Positions 1 through 12,819 of a stretch of DNA of 64,000 bases are shown in pieces (position 1 is the stretch's first letter; each line of letters starts with the position of its first letter). Both the position numbers and the translations under genes were made by a program. The DNA lies in contig NW_019217836.1 in NCBI RefSeq assembly GCF_002571385.2, positions 388,882 through 452,881 of the forward strand, written 5' to 3'. Below the pieces are notes generated by a model, which had not been told where the DNA came from, made no database searches, and saw only the letters and a program-made list of their open reading frames with translations. The stretch is from Stylophora pistillata. Lineage: Eukaryota.

Positions 1-1202
1 ATGCTAGGATGGGGGAGAACCGAGACGGTCACCCCAAACGACCCAACCTTTGTGGTATCGTCTAAGCCATGCCAGAGTGCTCAAACTAGAGTAAACTAGC
101 GAGCATGCGCAATTGCAACAGCAATGACTCATCCTAGATAGAGTGCTCAATTTGGACATGAAAGCAAAGCTTTGTATGCCAAAGAGCTATATCTAAATAT
201 ATATGTATTAATTTATACGGTGTTTTTTGGTGTCCTTTTATACGTAGATGATAACTTGCTTTATTCTAGCAACTGTTGGTCTATCTCTTAAAAAGGGAAC
301 ATCTTTTAATATGAAGCGTAGTCCTCGTTGCTTTGCACGTGCCTGAGGTCCCTCTCCCGCCATGTGTACTATTTGGGGAAGAAAGGAAAGCAGGAAAACG
401 AGTCAATCATGAAAAGCTGGTTGGCATCTGATTTCTAAGCCTTGAAACTGGCTTCTGTAAAAGTATCACACTTTTGGGCAAGTTAAGCTATGAATTAGCC
501 AATGGTTTTCTTGTTCTTAAATGGGCTTCCTTCTTTAAAAGTGGGGAAATTTCCGGCGTTACGCTAGATGTTCTTTTTTCTTTTTGTTTGACCGCCTCGC
601 TTAAACGCATAACGGTTATTTCTTTCTTGAGGCCTTTGGTTTTACTTGTGGCTCTCTTTACTGTACAATCATTATTATCAATATTAGCAATTTGGAGCGT
701 ACATCAGAAACTGTTAATCTGATGATAAACCGGAAACAATATAAACCATAAATCATGCCCTCCATTCAAAAAGAATTCAAGGGAACTAGATATCTCTTGG
801 TCATAATTTATTTCCAACGGAACTACTGAACTACCCTGTTTACCAGAGGAAGTTGGTGGATCGTTCCCTAGAAAAAAACTCTGATTGTACAGCCTAATAA
901 GGCTGAAATTGTAAATTATATTTACAGAGCATATTACTTACAAGAATGATACTAGAATAATATACAGATCTATTGTCTACACATGGCTTGTAAATAGGTT
1001 TGGGAGAAACGCTTGGTGCGCATTATTGGGTTAACAAACAGACGTTGATTTCTAAGATTATATGTAATATGGTTCTTCGGTGGCAAAAAATGATGAAACT
1101 TCCTCGGTATTGAACACTATTGGTTCGAAAAATTTATTACATTACTCGATACGTCTATCCTTCAGTGAGTTCAGGTTAAACAATGAAAGGTTGTCGAGAT
1201 AA

Positions 1203-2130
1203 ATACATACATACAAACTTTATTCTCGTCCTGAAAGTGCTTTTCAGAGAATACACGCTAAAAACCATATCATACAGAAAAAAAACACATTATATTATTT
1301 CTATAGTATATAGCATAATTATATCACTTTACTATCCATAAAGTCTTTTGTTAAAATGTTTTTTAATTTCCTTTAAAATTCTTGTAGTGTTCTGCTTTAC
1401 TTGAGCGAGGGATCTAGCGCATTCCAAATCGTTACAGTTCTATAGTAGAAGGTTCTCTGTCCTGTAGCAGTCCTTAGGAGAGGAATCTGAGGTTTCTGTG
1501 AATTTCTTGTGGTGCGCGTTGATAATTCTGAACGTTTAATGAACTGTTCATTTAAACTATCGGGTGTGCAACCAGTTATGCACTTGAATGCCATTACAAC
1601 ATTTCTGTTATAGAGTTGTTGCCTAATAGGTAGCCACTGCATTGGCCTGAAGACTGGTGTTACGCGGTCAGATTTCTTTGCTCCACTAATTATACGACAG
1701 GCAAAGTTCTGTACTTTTTGTACTTTGTATAGGTTACTCTCGGTGGTATTACTCTAAACATTGGAGCAATAGAAGAGTTTGCTGAGGACTAGACCATTGA
1801 CGACTATGGTTAAGGTGTCCTTGTCTAAGACGCGATTGACGCGGTTCATCTGTCCGAGTCGTGACATACAAGTTGAAACGGTGTTTGTTATATGATCTTT
1901 GTACGTTAGGTTGGGATCCAGTATTACACCAAGGTCCTTTGCGAATTTGGCAGGGGTTAGATCTTTACCCAGTAAAGAAAGGCGAAGGTCATCTTCCTTT
2001 CTGACCATCGGTCTGCTGCCAAAGATCACGAATTTTGACTTATCTGGGTTAAGTAAGCGCTTGTTGATAAACGCCCATTGGTATATTCTCTGGAGATCTT
2101 CATTCATTTTCATATATGATAGGCCAGGTG
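1203..2130 (-). mobile_element. 5'-truncated, decayed L2/CR1-group LINE 3' end (RT thumb and C-terminus)
   Basis: Minus-strand fragments read LLNPDKSKFVIFGS, KDLGVILDPNLTY, NGLVLSKLFYCSNV and GQRTFYYRTVTIWNAL, broken by stops. They end in AATAAA plus a (TGTA)n-like tail near 1203-1225. Confidence 0.8.
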
Positions 2131-2139
2131 AAATTACAG

Positions 2140-3556
2140 ATTGGGCGCGTTATTGAACACGTTCTGTGTCGTTTCCTAAATAATCGGGCAGTGCATGATG
2201 GTAAAGAGAAGCACAATACTCGCGTATAGATCTAATACAAGTAAGATAGAAACTGATGATATCACGAGCCGGAACTTTGGCGCGCTTAAGCAATATGAGA
2301 AAATACATCCGCTTACTAGCCTTTTTTAGAACGTCAGAAATATGACAATTCCATTATAGGGTGCTGGCTATTGTTACGCTTAACACTTTAACACTGTTTA
2401 CACATTCAAGTTCGTTAGAGTTGACAGTAATCGTATCAAACCAGTGTCGCGTTCTTTTAAAGGCAATCAGCAGTTTTTTACACTTATCTGGGTTCAGCCG
2501 AAGCTTCTTTGTTATAGACAATTGCTCGACAGCGATAAGGGCAACTTGAATTGCACTTTGTCTTCCCCAGGAGACCACATCAGCAAGTATTGTATCATCC
2601 ACCTACTTTCACCCCTCGAAGCCGGGTGTGTGGAGATCATTGATCATCACGGATGAAGAGCTAGAGTCTAAGTTTGGTGCCTTGATACACTCCGGATGGA
2701 ACGGCTCCCCATTCCGAGAAACAATCATGCACTAGAAAGCTTTACTCGCTGCCGCTTGTCCATAAGGAAGTCACAGACCCAACGAGCTACCCCGCTCGGA
2801 ATGCGCTACTCAAGAATCTTCACTGCCAGAGTATTGTGATGCACAAGGTGAAAAGGCTTCCTGTAATCCAGGAGCACAGCACACACCGCAGAACTGGTCC
2901 CGTCCGTGGCTTGCGTCTAGGTGTGCACCATTGAAATGAGAGCATGAAGATAATTTTGGGATTGCACAGAACTGTTTAGGATCAATCAGTTCCGAGACCG
3001 CAGGGCCAATATAATTACTAACAACGAACTCCTCTGTTACCTTGGACAAAGCCGGAGCCAGGGAGATGGGTCTAATATACTTGGTGATGATGATCGCAGG
3101 TTTAACTTTCATCAGCGGTGAAACGTCAGCATCGATCCACGACCGAGGAAGCTTCTGCTCGGCGAATGATGAGTTTAGAATATCGGAGACCAGGGAAGTT
3201 AGAAAGTCAGCATGTTCCCGAAGGAGCGAGTTGTTAATGCCGTCATGGCCACCGACCTTTCTCGGATTCAATCTCTGATGGGTTGATCGTTAAGACTTCA
3301 GAGTTGTTCGAAAATGGAGAAAGCATGTAAGCGGGCTATAATCCTGCATTGGCTCAAGAAGAACCTTATTGATCATATTTACAGTGTCTAAGTTGGAGCG
3401 CACCGCGATCCCGTCAAGGTGGAGATTCGCCGCCAGTAGCCGGAGCCATAGCCGCCATCATCTTGACCTCATTCCACAACTGACTGGGAGTTGGGGGTCT
3501 TCAGGTTGGCGGCTTTGATTGCATAGCACTTTCTGCGACACAGCTTCCGCTCACGA
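2140..3556 (-). mobile_element. Decayed LINE reverse transcriptase fragment
   Basis: Frameshifted RT motifs on the minus strand: GGHDGINNSLLRE, RPISLAPALSKVTEEFV, VDDT and LRLNPDKCK. Confidence 0.8.
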
Positions 3557-3952
3557 TTATAATAATTAATTATAATAATAATAACTTGTATTTATATAGC
3601 GCTCATATCTTAAACTCAGGCGCTTTACAACACTGTACGGGGGACTTTACCAGACTGCTAAGCAGTTTACAATCAATAAAGGCGAATATGACAGCTGCCC
3701 CCTCCCCCCAATTCCCAGTAACCAGGCCAGACCAGATCACAGTAATCTCGTGAAGTGGGTTCTTTAACGTCCCCTGCCTAACCAAATTAACTAATCAATA
3801 CATGCAGGAGACGGGACCTCCATTTATTCGTCCCTATCCGAGAAGACTACAATATCTAACCATTTCTTGATCGATGTTATAGAAAGGTAGCATATTCTTC
3901 TTAATTATTTTAAGACCCTGAGTGTTGGTCCGGCAGGGGCTCGAACCCTCGA
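3557..3952 (-). mobile_element. tRNA-derived SINE, 5'-truncated head, (TTA)n tail
   Basis: Reverse complement begins GAGGGTTCGAGCCCCTGCCGGACCAACACTCAGGGTCTTAA (B box, same head as the copies at 52218 and 56377). It ends in GCGCTATATAAATACAAG(TTA)n. Confidence 0.75.
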
Positions 3953-5207
3953 GCGATTAGTGATGTTACGAAGGTGTAAGAAACGTTCAGTGATACCTCG
4001 TGCATTTGCATTTTGACGTGACTTGATAAGAGCTTTAAACTGGCTATGGATAGTGTAAAGAGGTCTTGGATCGAAGTGGTCCTACAGGGTGATGCTGATA
4101 ACTGGAAACTGAGCATTTAGAAAGGAGAGTTCCGATAAATAGCACACCTCCACAGAGGCAGTAACAGACGTTTTTACAAATGCGATCACTGAGTCACTTC
4201 TTAACTCTCCACGCTTCTATGTGATACAGAAAAAAAATTATCAATGTATAGTGTTCTTTGTGATCTTAGGTTTAATAGATGGTGTAACTTTTTTTTTTCA
4301 AAAAAGGAGTGTATAGTTAACGGAGATATGTTGAACTGTCCAAGAATAATATTAAAAGTTCAACTTCATTCCAACCTGGTATTCATCCCGTCTCTTTTGT
4401 AATTTTTTTTTCGACCTCCAGTTGTTCGGCTGCGTTAGATAAATTTTTGCCCAAGGTTACATCCTGAGAGAGCCATATAAATAAAAACTAGCAATAAGAT
4501 TAAAAACGCTTCGCAAAAGATGAATAACATACCTTAAAGTCAAAATTCCTGTCAAATCTCATCTTGATGAGTAAACGCATTACGTATGTGAGCCATGTTA
4601 CCATCATGGTTTCTCTTAGGAAGGACAATGATACCGGGAAAGTATCGAGCAGGGATCGATATCGAGGCGAAAGTTCACGAATGAGAATAGCTATCTTTAA
4701 ATACAGGCAAACATGTTCATACAGTATTTAAATGTAACTTTTTACTTGAAAAAAAAAACTTGCCAATCGTGAAAAATAATCCTCTTAAAATAATTTTACT
4801 TCTCTTCAGAATAACAGAGAAGGAAGAAATACACTTGCTGTAAATAAGTGTGCTTCTCATCTTTGCATTTTTTTACTCTTCCACATGAAAAACATTTTAA
4901 AATATGACGCAGTTTAACTATCAATCAATTTAGGAAGTTGACAGTCAACGAGGGGGAAGTGTTTTTATCATTACGCAATTATCGCTATGAAATGAGAATA
5001 ACCTATTATCGCAGTTGGAATAATGAGTTGACATTTACGGAAACTAATTAGATCTTTTTTTCTCAAATAAGATCGGATATTAAATTCAACGAGGTCTTAT
5101 CTTTCTTTCAAGACTTAATCGTATTCTCCGCTATCTTTTTCTATCTCTTCAAAATAGGGACGATATCTTTACTCATGCTAAGTCAATTTCCTTCCTTCTT
5201 TTCACAA

Positions 5208-6386
5208 TTAAAGGTTTTCTGTTGTCGTTTTCATTGGCAATAATATTTCTGAGTTTTTTCTTTTGAAAGCTTGCAGCACGGTTTTGTTCCGTCGTGAATC
5301 TTCGGGTAATAGGTTGGCATCTTTCTCTTGTAGTCGAGTGGACTTGGTTCTCCGAGTTGTGCTACGCGACAGCTCGCGACTGCTTCCACGGCGACGCCGG
5401 GAGAGCGCAGTTCTGAAACCTCTCCTGTAGTTCTCGTTGAAAATCACGTAGATGTACGGGTTCACGGCCGAGTTTGCGTGACCCAAGAACAAAGTGAGAA
5501 AATCCATGTCGTAAGGCAGACCGCAAACATAACGAGCTGACTCCGCAAACATCACAAACATTCTCACGTATAACGGAAGCCAGGATAACGCAAAAACGAT
5601 CACAACGGTTACCAACATCTTTAAAACTTTCTTGTTAGTCTTGTCCTTGTTTTCTTGGTTTGAAGACAGTTCTTGACCAGGTGCTTGCCTTCGCCATAGT
5701 TTAAACATAATAACCGTGTACAAAGATGCTATTAGGGACAAAGGCAAGGCATACAACATCGCAAACAGGGCTATGGTGTAATCTCGAGGAGCGGTGTTTT
5801 TATCAAACGGTGGATCCCACTTTTCTTTGCACTGGGCGAGGCCTTTTTCACCAGTGGTCGTTGAAACGTAAAGTTGGGGGCCTGAGACGATGACCGACGA
5901 TAACCATGTCGCTGAAATGATACCTTTGGCAGCGCGAAATGTAATCACGCGCTTTAGCGGTCTGATTATGGCGAAAAAACGATCGAACGCGATCGCACAT
6001 AGCGTGAAAACCGAAACTGAGATTGTGAGTGATTGCGCGAAAGGCAGTAGCTTGCAGAGAGCCTCTCCTATCCATCCACCGACAGCCCAGACATCTAGTC
6101 CGTGGAGTATCCAGTAGGTTGTGGGTAGCATGTTGAAAACAGTGGTCAAAAGGTCGGCAAGAGCCATGTTGATGATGAGATAGTTCGTAATGGTTCGCAT
6201 TCGACGGGTTTTGTGCACAACCCGCACGACCATAACGTTTCCGAACAGGGAAAGTAGGATCACCAAGATGTAAGCAGCTGCTTTGATGCCTTTTACATAC
6301 TCTTTAGTGTTCGGTTTTGGACAAGACGGGTAATCTTGAGTAGTTTCCGCAGGCATGCTAGATGCTGGTGGAGTTTGGTTTAACAT
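5208..6386 (-). CDS. Rhodopsin-class (class A) GPCR, neuropeptide-receptor-like (QRFP/tachykinin/RFamide-type); single coding exon
   Basis: Seven hydrophobic segments with GN (TM1), NMALADL (TM2), C-K..DRF (TM3), LSWLP (TM6) and NSAVNPYIY (TM7). First in-frame ATG is at 6386; the ORF-track start at 6464 is GTG. A probable 5'UTR intron spans 6593-7947 (GTAAGG...TTCTTGGCAG). Confidence 0.93.
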   Translation of the reverse strand: MLNQTPPASSMPAETTQDYPSCPKPNTKEYVKGIKAAAYILVILLSLFGNVMVVRVVHKTRRMRTITNYLIINMALADLLTTVFNMLPTTYWILHGLDVWAVGGWIGEALCKLLPFAQSLTISVSVFTLCAIAFDRFFAIIRPLKRVITFRAAKGIISATWLSSVIVSGPQLYVSTTTGEKGLAQCKEKWDPPFDKNTAPRDYTIALFAMLYALPLSLIASLYTVIMFKLWRRQAPGQELSSNQENKDKTNKKVLKMLVTVVIVFALSWLPLYVRMFVMFAESARYVCGLPYDMDFLTLFLGHANSAVNPYIYVIFNENYRRGFRTALSRRRRGSSRELSRSTTRRTKSTRLQEKDANLLPEDSRRNKTVLQAFKRKNSEILLPMKTTTENL

Positions 6387-8732
6387 GTCGAACGAGTACG
6401 AGAAGCTCGCGGAAAGAAGAAAGACAACGTGCAACGCGGCTCTGGATAAACGGTTAACTTCCACGTTGTAAAGTGGGCTTTTACGCTTGATTAGCAGCGG
6501 TCACTTTCGAGAGCTTTTATGTTTTCCCCTTTCTTCGAGATGGTTAATCCGTCTTAAATTGAACGCTCTATGTTGACCGCCAGCCACTCAGTCTGCCAAG
6601 AATAAAAGGCGATCCTCTCGAAAGGCGATAGAAACAAAACAAGAATTGACAACAAAAAATATGCAGAACTATATGCGTGGGTATGTTTACAAAAGCTCGG
6701 TTTTCAAAATGCAAATTCTCTCATTGACGAACGTTGCGATTTAGGTGTAAATTAGGTTAAGACGCTTTTCTGATCAAAATAAATCCTGTCACACGGTCGC
6801 CAATTTTGGAAAATGAATTCGGATATCGGTTTTGCTACTCGTGATTTTTATTCAACAAACGAAGGTAAACTTAATCATAACATGATGCACTTTTGAAATC
6901 GTGGGACGATTTCCATACTCTTGCCATATACTTGGATGTTACAGGACGCAGGCGTTTCAGACATCAGATTAAAGCAGCGTAAAAGTTTTAGTTTAAATTG
7001 TGTAAGTATAAATCATTAATAGGAGTGACATGACCTTTCCAAAGAAAGTTTGTACCATTGCGGATTTTAGTTATAAGAAAGAAACGCGTGGAAAAATTGT
7101 GAATTAGTTTTAGAAATGCTTCTTTCATCTTCAAACGGAGGGAAAGGCAGAGGATTTTAATCATTAAAATAGAAAAAGAAAATTCAGCCAAGAAGACAAA
7201 TAATGACGAGTTTTATTAGTAATAAAATCGATATTTTTCAAGTATTGACACCATTGAACCATCTGGTTTAATTTGGTATCTGCGATCCGCAATCTTTCTT
7301 TATACCCCAAACAACTCCGATCCTTCGCCTACAGCCATGAAATAATTACCACAGATAAAAGGTTTGTTCTACAGTGAGCAATAAAAGTAGTCGGCACTTT
7401 TAAAGGAAGAGAAACAAACATTTCTGAGGACTTGATGGTCTCGCTGGATATAAAGGGAGATTGATATATTCCCTTATTGATAGGAAGCATGTTTGCCGAA
7501 GGAAACTATTGCTTTTCGTACTTGGTTATTTGCGGTTGTGGCCTTTTCCATTCATTAATTTAGGTTAGAAGAAATGGACAACAAGTAAAGAGAAAATTTC
7601 GCTGAAAGCGAACGAATCTTTCTTGTTCTTTCACGTGGTTGATAATTTTTAGGGTTATATCATATGCTAAATGAGCCCGACGCATTAGAAAATCTCTTTT
7701 TCAAAACGGAAATCTCCCATTAATGATCCAAACTCATCTTTAAACATCATGAAACGACAAAAATGAAGTTTCATATCTATTTTTAAGCAAGAGGAAAACA
7801 CAAATTAACTTTACACGAAACAAATCAAAATTACTTTTCTGAAGATTCAAGCTGTCAAAAGTTGTTTTTCTATCCCTGACACATATCCTCCTCGAACAAA
7901 GCTAAATTAAAGTAAAACCAGCCAGAAATAAACCAAAGATGCCTTACGTTTATTCACAGCCAAGTACTCTTTGAACTTTCCGCCGACTTTGAAATGAATA
8001 TTCGAAACAAATGTTCGATGTTGGCATATACCGGCTCACTCAAGAGAAGTGGTCTTAAGGAAATCACACAGCTGAAAAAAATATCGTGTTTCTTGGTCCG
8101 AAAGCTTGAGCTCGAAGTATTGTAGATAAATTGTAGTGGTGCATATACCTTGTAATTATAACATATGTGCGAAGTACTTGGCTTGTGTGAAATACTGAAT
8201 CGTCATTATAAAGTATTCGGAAAAAAGATTTGGTAGCGATCTGACCGGGGGGCTCTTGGCTAAAAGACTCGATTTCAATCACTTGGTTTGAAACAGTTGG
8301 GAGGTCGTTTTCAGCGAAATTTTCACGAATATTATGCATATGCAGCCGTTCCATGCCTGATCATTTTTAAAGTAATATCCTTTTATCAGCCTGCAGAACA
8401 AACAAGTTTGCGGTGAGCCGGGATTTACGTTTTCCGCATCATTTTAGGACGCCACATAAGAGTTTTAGAGCAGCGTAGGATTGGCATAGGAATAAATTTC
8501 ATCGAGAAGGTGATCCATTCGGTGGCCTCTTAAACATAGCGATCATGTGAACTTTTGCGAGCTTGTTGACATACACTCGATCTCTAAACAAGACGCATGC
8601 ATTGCAGGTTAACTATTCGTTTCCGACTTTCGTTTTCCCCTCATTTTTACCCGTTTGGATGGCGATAATGCGACTTAATAGCAGTGTGGTAGTTAAAGTC
8701 ATCTCTATCATCAACCGCAGACCTTCAGTTAA

Positions 8733-10897
8733 GGAGGCTCGGAAAGGTTTCTCACAATTAACAGCAAGTGCGAGATAATAAAAGAAATTAGGGACTGTCA
8801 AACTTTTATCATAGCAAGGTTTTGACATCTCGTCAAAACTGTTTTAGGATAAATTTTTTAGGCTGTTCTTCAGTCTTCATCTGTTGCTATGGCAATAGTA
8901 CAGTGGTGCAAAAAGACCCTCTTAAACTCAGTTTTTGAAAGATATCTAAAAAAACAAAATCGATGACCTGGTCTTTTTTTTAATTTCTTACACATCATCA
9001 CATTCTCTATCCGTACACGCGATAAAAATAAGGAAAATGTTGCTACAAAATTTAAAAAAATTTTCATTGGGTACTTTTTTCTTTTAATTTTAATTTACGA
9101 ACGCGTAATGGTGAATATCATTTGTAAACGAAAAATCAGGGCAGGACAGCGAGATGATTTTCGAGATACTAGCTCATTAACGTGGCAAGCTTTATTTCCG
9201 GTTTTCTCACATTTTAGCTCGCACTCTTACATCCGGTCACGCGTTTTAAACAATACCGCTGACTGGCGCGTCCGTGCAACCCGATCGATGCCCTCAGCCA
9301 AGAAAAAAGCGTTATTTCGGAAATTAGATCTGTTCTGTGTGGCAAACCAGCATATGGAAGCTTCTGGACCCTGCTTGTCGAAAGATGAAGCTTTCCATCG
9401 AACGTTTGGATGGTATCTTAACCTTGTTCCAAGAAAATGTCTTCATCGAAAGACTCATTCGGAGATGCTCATTTACAATGATTGAGCAATTATTTATGTT
9501 TAGTGTGAAGTGGGGGAGCGAAAATAATTTGGTTGAAGGCTTTGACGTCTTTCAGAGCGTCATGAGTGTCAAACTTAGCAAAAAACAGCGTTTTATATAC
9601 ATCACTAAATTTGTAAAGAATAAGGAAGACGGTAAGTTTTGACTTCGGTAAAGAAATAGAATGATGTTTTTCGTCTAGTCACGTAAGTGGGACAAGGAAA
9701 AACCCCTGAGCTACAGAAACTCTATGGTGAGCAAGGCCCATTACTAGGTTCACATCTGACACGCGTCCTGCATAATGCTAGGATCGGCAATGTCGAAAGC
9801 GTTATGTTTTGTAAAGAATAAGAAAGATGGTAAGTTTTGAGCTCGGTAAAGAAATAGAGAGATGTTTTTCGCGCTCCGATGCTCTACCACTCAAAGCCAC
9901 AGAGACTCTACGCTGAGAAAACTTACCATCTTTCTTATTCATGCCATCTTTCTTATTCTTACCATCTTTCTTATTCTTTGCATGGCTCGACTCTTACCGA
10001 AATGCGTCGAAAAAAATTATGTAAAGAGCTAAAGGAGGATGGTGAAGTCGACACCGCACCAGCAAAGCTACGACGATTGCGCTCGGTAGGTCTTACTTTG
10101 TTCCGAAAAGAACTTAAGTGGACACTTCTGAGGGTTGAGCTCAGATTTGTTACTTATTTAGTTTAATTCCTAATAAAATGAAATGGCCAGGAACGTTTCT
10201 TAGCAACTCTCCAGAAAATGAAATAATTGTTGGATCCAGGATTGTAAACATAGACAGTTTTATGAAGGAAATGGAGAAGTGTAAATATTGCCATATACGT
10301 TAAAAGATTGTTCCCGTAAACAAGAAATCGGATATTTGTGGATGAGACTTAAATTCTAATTTAACCATAGACAGTATAATTATAATAAACTATTTATCCC
10401 AAACTTGTGAGAAAGATTGTTGATATTTCCCCAGATGATCTATGAATTACGAGTTGGAAGTGAACGCAAACTCACGTTGGTTAAGAAAGGATTGAGAAGT
10501 TTGTTATTTCTTCGATTTAAAACGGAATAATAGAAGTTCACGGTTATGACAGTGGAATTCAGAGGCAAAAATGAAGCTAAAGCTTTTTCATGCACTGTAC
10601 CCGTATCTTGAAAATTAGAAATTCGCGAAATCTGTGACCGACCAACTGAGTGATACTCCCCCGAAGATGCTTCTCGTCTATCTGCTTTCTAGAAGTAAAC
10701 TTTTTATTTTGTTTCTCAAACAACCACTTCTTATGGAAACAGTAGAGGAACCCAGTAATTTTTTGGCGGTCATGTTGGTTTACAACTCTCTCGCGGAGGC
10801 GATTACGCGCGCCATAGCGTATTTCTCTCGTGGGTAATTTTTTGGTCTGTATCTTGAATCCGTTTTCCGCGCGTCAAAAAAACCATCTCGAGCCCCC
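8733..10897. mobile_element. Non-autonomous Kolobok-like DNA transposon (TTAA target duplication, short imperfect TIRs)
   Basis: Left end is TTAA|GGAGGCTCGGAAAGGTTT. Right end is AAACCATCTCGAGCCCCC|TTAA (reverse complement GGGGGCTCGAGATGGTTT). No intact ORF lies inside. Confidence 0.6.
9612..9980. repeat. Nested repeat with direct (9612-9673 / 9810-9872) and inverted (9918-9980) copies of a GTAAAGAATAAGAAAGATGGTAAGTTTT motif
   Basis: Near-identical ~60 bp units are directly visible, with the reverse-complement AAAACTTACCATCTTTCTTATTC repeats downstream. Confidence 0.65.
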
Positions 10898-11599
10898 TTA
10901 AAACTAACATTTCGAGGTCTCTGTTAGTAATAATGGGCGCCAAACTAGAGTGGATTTATTGAGAAGGTGGGGTTAATATTAATAAACATAATAATTGTCT
11001 CTAATAGCTTCCAATAGTTATCCATGGAGTGTTCGATATAGTCTGATAGCCTCTAATAGCGAAGAAAATGTCACGCGAGAGTATCACGTTCGTCACGCAG
11101 GGTTATTTTGATGGGAAGAAGAAAGCAAAACGACAGGTTTTGAAGCTAAAATCGAATCAATATTGAAACTGAAGGTCCTTAAATGACAAGCGGGACGTGT
11201 ACTCTTCGCTAGTGGAGAGTGCCCAACACATCATAAACGTTTAGTGGTATCGCAAAAGAGCGAAAAAGAAAGTCATAAAGAACAAAATAGTTATAAAGAG
11301 ATTAAACGATAAACATCACTCTTCCATATGGGGTGGTCGCGCCACTTACACCGTCTCATGGTGAAAATTGTATTGGTTTTTGCATGAAAACGGAAAAAAA
11401 AACCAAGAATGCAATCAAAACAGTAGAAAAATTGAAATTTCTTTGGGACGCGTCGGTGGAAGCGAGCATGAAATTGCTTTTCAAGTTATCACTGAATCTG
11501 GGTTCTCTTGATGGTTACTTCTAACATCTAAATAAGTTTAAGAGATGTTTAGATTATTTGGAGGACCATACTCCCATTATGTAGCACTGATGATAGTAT

Positions 11600-12720
11600 A
11601 CGAACATAACTATCTGAAAAGCTATCAACAATGGACAAGACTGCAGACTGCCCTGTTGTCTAACTCAAGGCAAAGTAGAAGTCTGCAATCTCACTGCCAG
11701 ATGGCTGGGCATTTGAATTGCATCGCACAGATTTTTCAATTTTCTTCTCAGCGTCAATGAAGTGGTTCAAATTCTTCCTCTTTATTGTAGCAGATGTAAA
11801 GTCAATGCCAGTGACAGGTGCATATGTTATTTCCTTGGTTGGTGGCACAATCCAGTAAGCTTTTTCTTGAGTTACTGTCTTAGACTCTCTATGACGAACA
11901 TAACATTCAATGGCAAATAGAACTGCTCCTACGTGAGTACATGATTCTGCAAGGCCAGCCATACAATAGCGATGAGCTGACTCCACAGTCCCCGAATCAC
12001 CAGCAATAATCCAAAGCATCAGAGGGGTATCTCTTACTCAATGTGAGTGCATAACCTAAAAAGAAGACAAAACGAGATAGTTTAGATATCACGCAAAACT
12101 CAAACAGAAAAATATTGCAGAAGTTTTTTGTTCTCTCAAGTAGACATAGCACGAATGAAAACTTAGTTAGCGGCATTTCAAAAACTTAAAGTACAACACT
12201 CACCCGAAGAAATAATTGTCATATCTTTCTCTTCAACTTTTTTGGTTTTTAAATCTTTGATCCATCCAGAGAGAAACTGATTATAAGCTTCGAGGCTTTT
12301 AAAAGCCTTGAATTCTTCAAGAGTATAATCACCTGTCTTGAGAACAAGATAGGTCACCAGGTCCACGTACGTTATCGCGGGGAAATCGCTAATATTTAGC
12401 TTCCATTCTTTGCTTGGGATCTAAAATGGATCTACCTTGTTTATCGAAGATATTATTTGTAAATACCTCGCTTTACACGGGGTATTCGCTCATACCAACT
12501 GTTAGCAATTCCAAGTTCGTATTCCAGCCGTGTGTTTAGCATTTCGAGGTCCTCGTCAGACGAGTACAACTTTTGATCATCGGCATAGGCATACAAGTTT
12601 GCCTGCTTAATGTGATAGAAGACATTGTCAAGTTCGCATTGTTTCAGTTAAATAGTTGACCTTCAACATAGCGGCCGCCGTCATTGCTATGGGATACGAG
12701 ACGTAACGTAAAAACCTCTA
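11600..12720 (-). mobile_element. Decayed ISL2EU-like DNA transposon end carrying the N-terminal SWIM-finger part of the accessory (YqaJ-exonuclease-type) gene
   Basis: Peptides YTLEEFKAFKSLEAYNQFLSGWIKDL and SAHRYCMAGLAESCTHVGAVLFAIE (SWIM-like, degenerate) are split by a GT-AG intron at about 12204-12056. An in-frame stop lies upstream, and there is a TIR-like end (TAGAGGTTTTTACGTTACGTC) at about 12720. Confidence 0.6.
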
Positions 12721-12819
12721 TACTTTATTTCAACTCGAATTTTCAGAGTAGTTCTGTTTAGCTAATATCTTCGAGAAAGAAAAATACACAAGTCTGTCAA
12801 ATTATAAATAGAACTACTA

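Noticed and set aside
5208-6386. GPCR as part of the immune cluster
   Set aside because: It is an ordinary neuropeptide-type receptor, divergently oriented and 13 kb of repeats away. I noticed no sequence evidence linking it.
9612-9980. CRISPR-like repeat-spacer pattern (also 51601-51672 and 52690-52727)
   Set aside because: Only 2-4 irregular copies, no unique equal-length spacers, no cas genes, and a eukaryotic context.
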